Shown here: positions 9,643 to 18,700 of the stretch, one piece after another
Layout of the letters: each line of letters opens with the position of its first letter
Position numbering within the stretch: the first letter of the stretch is position 1
Assembly: GCA_020348925.1 (NCBI GenBank)
Contig: CP070758.1
Location: forward strand, 1,770,030-1,834,029
DNA from: Gemmatimonadota bacterium
GTDB lineage: Bacteria > JBHIER01 > G020348925
Reading direction: 5' to 3'
Length of the DNA stretch: 64,000 bases
Position numbers and translations under genes: made by a program
The notes under the pieces: generated by a model
Databases searched by the model: none
What the model was told of the DNA's origin: nothing
The model's input: only the letters and a program-made list of their open reading frames with translations

Positions 9643-11169
9643 TCACAGTACTTTCAATACAACCATGGTGATATCATCCTGGTATGAAGCACGCCCTGAA
9701 AACCGCTCCACCTCTTGAAGAATTTTCTCCAATACATCTCCGGCACTGCCCCCTCTTTCCTCCCTTATGATCCGTTCCAGTCTGTCTTCACCAAACATGA
9801 TTCCGTTACTGTCATCCGCCTCTGTGACACCATCCGTATAAAATACGACCACATCTCCGGAGGAAAGTTTCACTTCATCCTCTTCGTGCCGAATGTCATC
9901 CATCACTCCCAGCAGGAGCCCTCCCTTCTCCAAGTGTCGGATCTCTCCCCTGGTGTTGATCAAAACCGGGTAATTGTGACCGGCGTTGGAGAAACGGAGA
10001 CGTTTCTGTTCTGGGTCCAAGACGGCGAGGAAGAGGGTAGCAAAGGTCTCGGGTGTCGTGCTCCGGCAGAGCATACTGTTGAGTCTCGTCATGAGCTCGC
10101 TGACCGATTGGGTGGTCTCCAGCTGAGCCCGAAGCCCTGCCTGAAGCGTGGACATCAACAGAGCTGCCGGAGTACCATGGCCGGTGACATCACCGACGGC
10201 TATCCCTATCTTTCCCTCGTCGCACGGGATATAGTCGTAATAATCGCCGCCGACCTGTGTACTGGGAATATACATTCCCGCAATATCATAACCCCGAAGG
10301 GACGGAGGCCCTTTGGGCAAGAGCGTCAGTTGAATCTCTTGTGCCAGGGCCAGTTCCTTCTCCATCTCCCGTTTCTCCCGCAAGCCTTCGGTCATGAGGT
10401 TGAAGGTTCGGGCCAAATCACCGATCTCGTCGTGCGACTGAATCTCCACCTTCTGATCGAGATCACCTCTCGAGATGCTTCTCATAGCTCCGGCCAACCT
10501 CTCCAGCGGTCTCGTTAGGCGACGACTCAACAACGCCGACATGGTCACACCGACGGCGATATACAGGCTGAGCAGGGCGATGTTGCGCTGAACAGCTCTG
10601 GACAGCTCCTCCCTCATCTTTATGAGAGAAAATCCAACGGTCACACTCCCCAGGTTCAGATCTCCGTATTGAATATCCACGCTGACACGCTCAAGATCGT
10701 CCTGGGACTCCTCGGCCACCATCCCCCGGTCCAATTGGCGCACAACACCCGATCTGGCAACCTCATCGAGGACCTCAAGACCTTCAACATCAATAAGGTT
10801 TTCATTCAGAGCATGCGCTTTCAACTCGTTCTGAACGTCGTAGACCGCGATGTATACGATATCCTCGATGGTTCGCGGCACTTGCTCGATATAATCCTGA
10901 TAGAGTGACCAGTCCTGGGTCTCCAGGAGGCGAATGGAGGCGACATTGCGAGCGATGCGCTGCATCTGATTCTCAACCTCAGCTCGTTTCGTCTCGGTCT
11001 CCCGGATCGTGTAAAAATACGTCACAGAGGCAATTGTGGCGACGATGAAGAATACGACAAGAGCGGTTATCTTCGCATTTAATCCGAGCTTGAAAGGGAT
11101 ATTATAGAGGTTTAAGAGGGGACGAAAGATCCCCCGGATATTTGCAATGATGGTCGTTTTCCGGGCCAT
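9643..11169 (-). CDS. HAMP-domain PP2C (SpoIIE/RsbU-type) serine phosphatase with an N-terminal single-TM sensor domain.
   Basis: One TM (ITALVVFFIVATIASVTYFY). HAMP-like segment (LTRPLERLAGAMRSISRGDLDQKVEIQSHDEIGDLARTFNLM). PP2C motifs (GGDYYDYIP, VGDVTGHGTPAALLMS, FYTDGVTEA, DDITMVVLKVL). Confidence 0.8.
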   Translation of the reverse strand: MARKTTIIANIRGIFRPLLNLYNIPFKLGLNAKITALVVFFIVATIASVTYFYTIRETETKRAEVENQMQRIARNVASIRLLETQDWSLYQDYIEQVPRTIEDIVYIAVYDVQNELKAHALNENLIDVEGLEVLDEVARSGVVRQLDRGMVAEESQDDLERVSVDIQYGDLNLGSVTVGFSLIKMREELSRAVQRNIALLSLYIAVGVTMSALLSRRLTRPLERLAGAMRSISRGDLDQKVEIQSHDEIGDLARTFNLMTEGLREKREMEKELALAQEIQLTLLPKGPPSLRGYDIAGMYIPSTQVGGDYYDYIPCDEGKIGIAVGDVTGHGTPAALLMSTLQAGLRAQLETTQSVSELMTRLNSMLCRSTTPETFATLFLAVLDPEQKRLRFSNAGHNYPVLINTRGEIRHLEKGGLLLGVMDDIRHEEDEVKLSSGDVVVFYTDGVTEADDSNGIMFGEDRLERIIREERGGSAGDVLEKILQEVERFSGRASYQDDITMVVLKVL

Positions 11170-11245
11170 AATGATTGACGTTCACCTCTCGTTTCCACTG
11201 CTGTCTGTGCTTTGAGAACCGACAAGTGTTTGCCTGTCTTTCGAT

Positions 11246-14200
11246 CTATCCACCCCCGATTATGATATGCACGATGCACATCGTATCAAGAATATCGATC
11301 GCACCAGTGGCATCACAATCTGCAGCCATGAGCTGGCCGTACGAGGGAATCATATCCTGCAAAATAATGCTGATGTTCATTACGACATCAACGATGTCGA
11401 CGTGTCCATCCCCATCGATATCACCTTTTCGAGGGGCTTCAATCTGCATCGACAATCCGACCCGTTCCGTGTTCATGACCGAATCAACTACTGCTACCTC
11501 GAAGGTTCTGCACTCAACAGAGTCTGGCACGCCTGACAGACAGCCGGTAGCATCCAAGGTCAGGCCGCACGGCAACATCCCCGAGTATACGAGCCACGTA
11601 TAAGGGGGCCAACCCCCTGCGGCCGAAAGTGTGTGTTCGTATTCGAATCCCATCTTTCCGGGTGGAAGAGTATCCGTACTGATCGCCAGGGGCAGATCAC
11701 AGACAATACTGTCCGAGAAGGGACCGGACCAGTTGCCGGCCACGTCCCGATATCTGACGGACACCCGCTTGTGTCCGGATCCGCCGCTTCCGCCGTATTG
11801 GGAGAGATCCCAGTCGTGCTTCGTGCTGTCGAGCGGCTCAGCCGGACTCCATGTCTGCCCGTTGTTTGAGAACTGCATGAGAGCGCCTGACCCCATTCCG
11901 CTCATCTCATCGACGGCGCTCAAAAAAGAGAGCGTCACCACAAGACTCGTCGTCGTATCGGCACCTCCGGAAATCGAAATTGTCCCCTGGCTGGGGGCGG
12001 TGGCGTCGAAGGCGAGCGTGACCGACGCACTTTTGTTGTGATCGACATTGTCCGCCCTGTCCTGAAGCCAGACGTAGACTGTGTGCGTACCCTCTGCTGC
12101 TGCTGAGAGGTTCAGGGGATATAAAGTGGTAAAGGTCCCGTCGTCCACGAAGGCCGGAGGTGAACTCAGACGATAGTATGCCCCCTCGACTCCGGAAAGA
12201 TCATCGGGATTGGTCCAGGTGAGGACAAAGGTTGAGTCGTTGGTCCATTCGGGTGGGTCGACTGTGAGGTCCAGGGGCGATTCAGGCGGTTCGGTGTCGA
12301 TCATGATTCGATAGTGTGCCGCCGGTCCCCACAGGCAGACGTCATCCCCGGCCCGGCAGTGGAAGTAGTATGTACCATCAGCGAGGCTATAATAGCCCTT
12401 CTCTCTCATTGTGTTATCTCTGGTCTCATCAGGCATAGTCTCGGGACTCTGGTCGAAAACGTAACTATATCCGATGACACCTGAGAGATCGTAAGGTTCC
12501 TCCCATTGAAACAGAACATCCACGGCCGAATACCAGTCCTCTTCATCCGGGTGCGTCGGGCTGCTGAGAAGAGGTGCTGAGGGCGGACTCGTGTCCTTAT
12601 AAAATTGCCAGTTCCACTCACCGGATTCACCCTCCACGTTGCCCGCATCGTCCACGGCCTTGAAATAGACAATATAGCTCCCGTTCGGCAGGGATGAAAA
12701 CTCCGACAGGGTCCAGCCGTCGCTGTCCCAATTCCTACCCGAAACATTCGTGAAGAGAACCGACCATTCCCCTGTGTAAGAATTGATCTGATACCAGCCA
12801 TCATCGAGGGCCATATCGTCATCGAAACCGAAGTTCGAGAAGAGGGGTGCCCGACTGTAGTACTGATTCTGGGGCTCACCGATGGTCTCCATGGTGGGGC
12901 TCTGATAATCGCCGACTCCAATCGGTCCGGCCAAAGCAGCCACCGCCGCTATGCTTGCTCTGACAACCTCAGTGGCATAGGGCAGGTTCAATGTCCCCAA
13001 AGTATCACCATCGCTGTGATAATAGGGCGTCCAGTCCGGAGATCCCCACAATTGCGCATCGATGGCGAAAATGGCTTTGTACCCGAGCAGGGCAAAGGAG
13101 TAATGATCGCTGCCCCATTGCTCGAAACCCGTATTTATCACCAAGGGCTCCGCCGTCGTATGTTGGTTCACCCTGTCGGCAAAAAAGAGGGCCAAATCGT
13201 AGGAATCGCTGTCACCATAGATGTTTATGTCCCACGTATCATTCGGAGGATCATCAACATAGGCGATCATGTCGAGGTTGATCACGCCGCGGATATCCAT
13301 ATCCCGGTCGGAGGCCCAATTGGCATAGTGCTCGCTACCCAATAATCCCTGCTCTTCACCTGAGAAACAGATGAAGAGTATGGTCGCATCGAAATCGTAC
13401 ATGCTGAGCACACGCGCCGCTTCGACGACCGCAGCCGTGCCGCTGGCGTTGTCATCCGCCCCCGGGGCTGAAATCCACGAATTGCCGTAAACATTTTTGG
13501 AATCGTAATGTCCACACAGGATATATTTCTGGCTCGTATCCGCTACGCCGGGATGAACAGCAACGACATTCCTCCACGTTTGTCCGCTGCAGAGTTCGCC
13601 GCCATAGGTATAGAAATCATAAGAGACGGAAAGACCGAAACTGGTAAAACGGTCGGACAAATATGCGGCCGCTGCCTGACACGAATCCGTGCATGAATAT
13701 CTCGTCCGGAAATCCTGAAGCCGTTTTATGGTTGCCCTGATTTCGCTCTCGGAGACATTGGACAGAATGGATTCGAGAAAAGCATACATTTCGGGATCTG
13801 TGGAGGGAACAGGGGGTTGCGGTTTCTTTCTGTCCCGGGGCAAACGGTCTTTGGAGATTCTCGTTAATCCGTAACCGAAGCGGGAGGCTCTTTCCGCCTC
13901 TGAAGGAGAGGCCCGCAGCAAAGCCGTGCCATTTCTGTAATCGAGCACTTCAGCGTGCTCCGCAATTTTCATCCGGTTGCCTTCGGGAACATAGAGGAGA
14001 TAGTCGTCTTCGGTTCCCTGGTCGTTTCTCAAGACATTGAGCTCCAATCCCACCCGATACAATTCATCCTTCTGGTCCTCGGATATTTTAACGAAAGCCC
14101 TCCCCTCGTAGACTGCCAAGACCGTGATTTCGAAGTCGGTCAGATACTGTTCATGTTCGGGGCTATCCACATCTATCAAAGCAAGGAAGCTCTCCTGTTC

Positions 14201-14302
14201 ACTCCGGACCGTCCCAACGACAGAGAGCACTACAAAGAAACATATCAAAAGCCCCAAAACACCGGCTTTCACACGTGGTTTCCCCTGACACCCAAAACGC
14301 AT
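11246..14302 (-). CDS. Secreted multidomain M28-family aminopeptidase. It carries PPxAP/HYRI repeat modules, a 'putative Ig' domain and a C-terminal dockerin.
   Basis: The signal peptide starts at the ATG at 14302 (MRFGCQGKPRVKAGVLGLLICFFVVLSVVGTV); the ORF also extends upstream to 14512. M28 motifs: HYDS, NSWISAPGADDNASGTAAVVEAARVL, FSGEEQGLLGSEHYA. Modules homologous to the 45938 and 48881 paralogs: DTSPPSAPLLSSPTHPDEEDWY...GTYYFHCRAGDD...HYRIMIDTEPP. Putative Ig domain: LPPGKMGFEYEHTLSAAGGWPPYTW. Dockerin: GDIDGDGHVDIVDVVMNISIIL...DCDATGAIDILDTMCIVHII. Confidence 0.75.
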   Translation of the reverse strand: MRFGCQGKPRVKAGVLGLLICFFVVLSVVGTVRSEQESFLALIDVDSPEHEQYLTDFEITVLAVYEGRAFVKISEDQKDELYRVGLELNVLRNDQGTEDDYLLYVPEGNRMKIAEHAEVLDYRNGTALLRASPSEAERASRFGYGLTRISKDRLPRDRKKPQPPVPSTDPEMYAFLESILSNVSESEIRATIKRLQDFRTRYSCTDSCQAAAAYLSDRFTSFGLSVSYDFYTYGGELCSGQTWRNVVAVHPGVADTSQKYILCGHYDSKNVYGNSWISAPGADDNASGTAAVVEAARVLSMYDFDATILFICFSGEEQGLLGSEHYANWASDRDMDIRGVINLDMIAYVDDPPNDTWDINIYGDSDSYDLALFFADRVNQHTTAEPLVINTGFEQWGSDHYSFALLGYKAIFAIDAQLWGSPDWTPYYHSDGDTLGTLNLPYATEVVRASIAAVAALAGPIGVGDYQSPTMETIGEPQNQYYSRAPLFSNFGFDDDMALDDGWYQINSYTGEWSVLFTNVSGRNWDSDGWTLSEFSSLPNGSYIVYFKAVDDAGNVEGESGEWNWQFYKDTSPPSAPLLSSPTHPDEEDWYSAVDVLFQWEEPYDLSGVIGYSYVFDQSPETMPDETRDNTMREKGYYSLADGTYYFHCRAGDDVCLWGPAAHYRIMIDTEPPESPLDLTVDPPEWTNDSTFVLTWTNPDDLSGVEGAYYRLSSPPAFVDDGTFTTLYPLNLSAAAEGTHTVYVWLQDRADNVDHNKSASVTLAFDATAPSQGTISISGGADTTTSLVVTLSFLSAVDEMSGMGSGALMQFSNNGQTWSPAEPLDSTKHDWDLSQYGGSGGSGHKRVSVRYRDVAGNWSGPFSDSIVCDLPLAISTDTLPPGKMGFEYEHTLSAAGGWPPYTWLVYSGMLPCGLTLDATGCLSGVPDSVECRTFEVAVVDSVMNTERVGLSMQIEAPRKGDIDGDGHVDIVDVVMNISIILQDMIPSYGQLMAADCDATGAIDILDTMCIVHIIIGGG

Positions 14303-14634
14303 ATCGAACTGAAACAATTTAAAGAGTTGAAAACACATACGTCCTTTTTTCTCAATCATAGTAACCCTGAAAAATAGCCTTTTATACCGTCTTAACGCAA
14401 GGAAATTCTTGCGTTCCAGGAAAAAAGAATACCGTAGAGATCTCGTATTGAATCTTGGCACATGCATCACGTTGAAGCGAACCGGAAACTTCTCCATAAA
14501 AAAACCTTGCACATCTTTTCAAAAAAAATTAAGTTATGTAAAATCATGGGGAGGGGGTTGAAACCATCCCACACCCCCGATGAGTGGACTTTCGGTGGAA
14601 ATTTGGACGTTTACAGAGAAAGCAGGAGAGCCCA

Positions 14635-16836
14635 ATGAGAAGACCATTTATTGTGAGCGTAATATTTTTGTGCGTCGTTCTTGTCGCGAGCGTCAGTGCC
14701 CAGAGCCGCACGGATCGCGAGGTGACGCTTGGAGCCAAACTGGAAGCCATCCAGCGAGCTATTCAGGAGAAGGGGGCGAACTGGACCGCAGGTATGACGG
14801 AGATCTTTCAGCTTCCTGAAGAGGAGCGGATGTTGATGTACGGGTGCGCCGATTCCATCTCCCAGGACAAAATCCCGGAGGAGCAGCAGCTCATGCGGTA
14901 CTCGTGGCAGCCGGAGAAATTCGATTGGCGCTTGAAGGACGGCGCGGACTGGACGACACCGGTCAAGAATCAGGGTAGGTGCGGAAGCTGCGTCGCCTTC
15001 GCCACAATCGGAACCCTGGAAGGGCAGCTCAATATTTTCTATGACGACCCGTACCTCAATATGGATCTCTCCGAGCAGTACCTCTTCGCCTGCGGGGGCG
15101 GGACCTGCAATGAGGGTATGAACACCGACCTCGCCTTTCGCTACGTCCTCGGAAACGGCGTTCCGGACGAGGACTGCTTCCCCTATACATCAGGACTGGC
15201 GGGCATCGATAGACCGTGCGGTGACGCCTGCCCCGACTGGCAGGAACGGATCCTCAAGCCCTCCTGTTACGGGGCCGCCGCCGCTGATAAAGACATCAAA
15301 GCACCGGCTGACATCAAAGAGCAGATTCTCCAGGGTCCCGTCTGCGTCACTATGGCCGTCTTCGAGGATTTTGACTCGTACACAGGCGGGATTTACCAAC
15401 ACGTTTGGGGTCAATACGAGGCCGGCCACGCCATCGTTATGGTCGGTTGGGACGACACGACCGAGCCCCCCTGCTGGATTGTCAGAAACAGCTGGGGCTC
15501 CGGATGGGGAGAGAGGGGCTATTTTCGGATACGGATGGGGACGAACGAGGTCGGGATTGAGGACCAGGCCCTCTACGCACGATTCGGCGACGTTCCGGAG
15601 GGAAGGCTCTCGAGCGGTGGCCATCAGTTCGGAGATGTGGATGTGGGAGATTCCGAAAATTGGCTGTTGAACATCTACAATGAAGGAGGTGCTCCCCTAG
15701 AAATATACGAGTACCAATCGAACAAGCCCAATTACTTCATCAGCTCGCCTGCGTCCTTCCCTCAGACTGTCACCCCGGGTGGAACCCTTGGCGTCACTCT
15801 CGTCTTCACTCCTGACACCCTGGGGGAGGAATTCGGCCGCATACGATTCCCGAGCAACAGCTGTCACTTTCTCTCCGTAAAATTGCGCGGGACAGGTGTC
15901 ATCCACAACGTGAGGACAAGTCAGAAATCCATCGAAAAGACCATGGTGGAAGGGGACATCATGACCGTGCCCCTGACCATGACCTACATCGGAGATACCA
16001 CCCTCACCTACCAAGTTGAAATTCTCAGGGAATGGCTCTCTGTTCAACCCGACAGCGGCACACTTGAAACCGGGGGTAGTGTCGATTTCACCGTTACCCT
16101 CGATGCGTCGAACCTGGAACCCGGCGAGTACAGAACAAATATTCTGATCAAAACGGACGATCCCACCGACAAACTCGTCGTCGTCCATATTGTTCTCAGT
16201 ACGGAGGAGGCCGCCGGGGTCGCCCTCACCATCCCGCCCACTGCCATACCCATTGACCGGACAATTCAATTGGGTCTGTCCATCGACAACAAGAACCGCA
16301 TCGAAATGCCCATCAGGGATGTTGCTCTGCACATCGGTTACGATGCGACGTTTATGGAGCTCCGCGAAATTTCATCCACCCTCCGGACCGAGCACATGAC
16401 CGCCTTTCAGTGGTCCGAAGCCGAACCAGGTCAAATTACCCTCTCGATCTCCGACGGCAACGGCAACTGCATCGTTCCCGGAACGGAGCCCATAGCCCAA
16501 TTTTTCTTCGAAGCCCGCGACGGCATATCATGCGGCGACAGCGTGACGCTCACCATCACCGAGGCGACCCTCATAGACACCCTCGGCAGTGCCCTCGAGG
16601 TCCGGCTGAACAACGACCCCTGCCTCCTGCTCTGCAAGGGGGATGTGAACGCTAACGGTACGATAGAGATAGATGATGTTATTGAGGTTATCCGTTTGAT
16701 TCTTGAGAATGGTTGTTTCGAGGAATGGACTCCAGAGTGCTGGTCCTCTGACTACAACGACGACGGAAGCATCGACGCCATGGACCTTGTGTGCATGGTC
16801 AACGTTATCTTGGACAGGGAGGCTGGTTCTGATTGA
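14635..16836 (+). CDS. Secreted papain-like (C1A) cysteine peptidase with an Ig-like/CARDB-like region, a cohesin-like domain and a C-terminal dockerin.
   Basis: RBS aggagag sits 5 nt before the ATG at 14635. Signal peptide MRRPFIVSVIFLCVVLVASVSAQ. Catalytic triad context: QGRCGSCVAF (Cys), GHAIVMVGWD (His), NSWGSGWGERGYFRI (Asn). The ALHIGYDATFMELREI...ITLSISDGNGN segment resembles cohesin. Dockerin: GDVNANGTIEIDDVIEVIRLIL...YNDDGSIDAMDLVCMVNVIL. Confidence 0.8.
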   Translation: MRRPFIVSVIFLCVVLVASVSAQSRTDREVTLGAKLEAIQRAIQEKGANWTAGMTEIFQLPEEERMLMYGCADSISQDKIPEEQQLMRYSWQPEKFDWRLKDGADWTTPVKNQGRCGSCVAFATIGTLEGQLNIFYDDPYLNMDLSEQYLFACGGGTCNEGMNTDLAFRYVLGNGVPDEDCFPYTSGLAGIDRPCGDACPDWQERILKPSCYGAAAADKDIKAPADIKEQILQGPVCVTMAVFEDFDSYTGGIYQHVWGQYEAGHAIVMVGWDDTTEPPCWIVRNSWGSGWGERGYFRIRMGTNEVGIEDQALYARFGDVPEGRLSSGGHQFGDVDVGDSENWLLNIYNEGGAPLEIYEYQSNKPNYFISSPASFPQTVTPGGTLGVTLVFTPDTLGEEFGRIRFPSNSCHFLSVKLRGTGVIHNVRTSQKSIEKTMVEGDIMTVPLTMTYIGDTTLTYQVEILREWLSVQPDSGTLETGGSVDFTVTLDASNLEPGEYRTNILIKTDDPTDKLVVVHIVLSTEEAAGVALTIPPTAIPIDRTIQLGLSIDNKNRIEMPIRDVALHIGYDATFMELREISSTLRTEHMTAFQWSEAEPGQITLSISDGNGNCIVPGTEPIAQFFFEARDGISCGDSVTLTITEATLIDTLGSALEVRLNNDPCLLLCKGDVNANGTIEIDDVIEVIRLILENGCFEEWTPECWSSDYNDDGSIDAMDLVCMVNVILDREAGSD

Positions 16837-17552
16837 AAGAGGCCTCTCACCTTAATTGTTCTTCAGTAAAGAATAGATTCACAGACATCGCCAATTTGAA
16901 CGTGAATAAAAAGCGGAGATTTTCAGCCCGACGTTTGGTGAGACTTTGTAGTAGAGTCTAATAGTGTGGGATTATTTCCTAAGTCGAGCCAAGAGGTTTT
17001 TTCACCATCTCACAACAGCCTTCATCTGACTTATCCACAATTTTCTATCACAGATTCACCGAATCATTATATCCTCCTCGGATAGTTTCATTCTTTTCTC
17101 GACGAACGTGCACTGTGTATATATCCTTAAGCAGATCTAAGAGTTAAGGGCATCTCAGGCAATTCTGAGGTTTCCACCTCCCCTCTCCCAATAGGGATTG
17201 ATCAAATAGCTGATTGCGACATAGCAAATAATAGCACTTTAGGTCTGTTTGTCAAGAGAAATGTACCCAAATTAGTATCCAAGTAAAGTTACCGTAAAAA
17301 ACACTTGCTTGAGTGTGAGCGATTGTATTAATTTCACATGGATATTGGTTCTCGAAAGGAGCAAATCAACCATGAAATGTCAAATATATATTTCAATTTT
17401 TTTGTAAGAAGGAAATACTCTATGCTTGTCTGATAAATACCATTCATAACGCCTACAGCCATTTTCTAAAATGATCCACCACTCAATAGATATCAAATTT
17501 AAACACGATTTATTTTGTTTGCACACTGCACTTTTGAAAAAGGGGGGATTAA

Positions 17553-18332
17553 ATGAAGAACCTGATTATCGTTATCGCACTAATTTTTTCTATCATTAGT
17601 GGATGTACCAAGTCCACTTCAACAGGTACAAGTGGCAACAGCCAGACTTGGTGTCTTTGGATTGGTGCCGACAAGGATACATATGTATGGTTGGAATATC
17701 CGGACAGCCAATGGGGAAAGCAAGGGTATCTGGCTGTAGCATATTTAGGGGATCACAAACGGAGTTTTGTCCACTTTGTTCTTCCAAACCTTCCTGACGG
17801 AACTGAAATTCTCGAAGCATATATGGAGCTCTATCATGGTGGACAGAATGAGGACGGTTATACTGATGACCTCGATATATTGGTACAGCGTGCATCGGGT
17901 TCCTGGAGTCCTGAAACGTTAACTTGGAATAATCAACCGCCTTTCTCCCGAGCTACTGAGTTCACGATCCACCTGCGAAGCAGAGCGTGGTGCGGTTCGG
18001 AGGAAATTAAACATATTGTAACTCAGATGTTCGAAGATCCGGAGAACGACTATGGCTTCATTATTGATTTCTTCTCAGCTTCAATAACTGTTGGGATAGA
18101 AAAAGGATTTCATGCAAATAATTTTGATCGCACTGCTTCGGACATGAAGAATGCTCCGCGCTTGCTTGTTAAAGTTGAGCTCCCTTCCGGGAAAACCATT
18201 AATGACATTACAATGCCTCCACTGGCATCGGACAATGATCTCGGATTCCCCCCAGGAACGGAGATTTTAATGCTTCGCTATAATAATGGTGCGGAGTGGC
18301 CTGAAAACTGGAACGTGGTTGCTGCCGAATAA
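17553..18332 (+). CDS. DNRLRE-domain lipoprotein.
   Basis: RBS aaagggggga upstream. Lipoprotein signal MKNLIIVIALIFSIISGC. Motifs DTYV...SFVHFVLPNLPDGTEILEAYMELY...LTWNNQPP match the DNRLRE-domain pattern (...TWNNQP). The gene has lower GC than its neighbours. Confidence 0.5.
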   Translation: MKNLIIVIALIFSIISGCTKSTSTGTSGNSQTWCLWIGADKDTYVWLEYPDSQWGKQGYLAVAYLGDHKRSFVHFVLPNLPDGTEILEAYMELYHGGQNEDGYTDDLDILVQRASGSWSPETLTWNNQPPFSRATEFTIHLRSRAWCGSEEIKHIVTQMFEDPENDYGFIIDFFSASITVGIEKGFHANNFDRTASDMKNAPRLLVKVELPSGKTINDITMPPLASDNDLGFPPGTEILMLRYNNGAEWPENWNVVAAE

Positions 18333-18700
18333 AAGGAACCTTCCCTCTTTTTCAGGCCAAATCTAAATAAGTGTCGTCGATGCGAGATGCATAATATCAA
18401 AGAAAATTCAGTGCCGAATTCTGAACGATATTGTTCGAATTCCCCAAGAATCACAGAAATCAAGGTTCACATGCGCCAATTCCCAATACAACATTTGCAG
18501 CGCCCATTGTATCAAGAACATTGATAGTTTTACCACCATTGCATCTGCTAACCACTCTGCTCCCTGTAATGCAAATTAAAGTTCGCATAGAAGTGAATAG
18601 TTATCCCAAGATTCACAGAACTAATTCTATTTTTATAACTTACCATGAAGATTGCCACCCGGATCAAAACAAGATAGTCTTACTGCTGTAAAGTCACGAT

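Noticed and set aside
9174-9671. Plus-strand 165-aa ORF, and similar 100-270-aa ORFs antisense to the TPR, PP2C, peptidase and papain genes (e.g. 9715..10518, 15697..16332, 8337..8981).
   Set aside because: All lie within and opposite to long CDSs with strong family motifs. No independent support.
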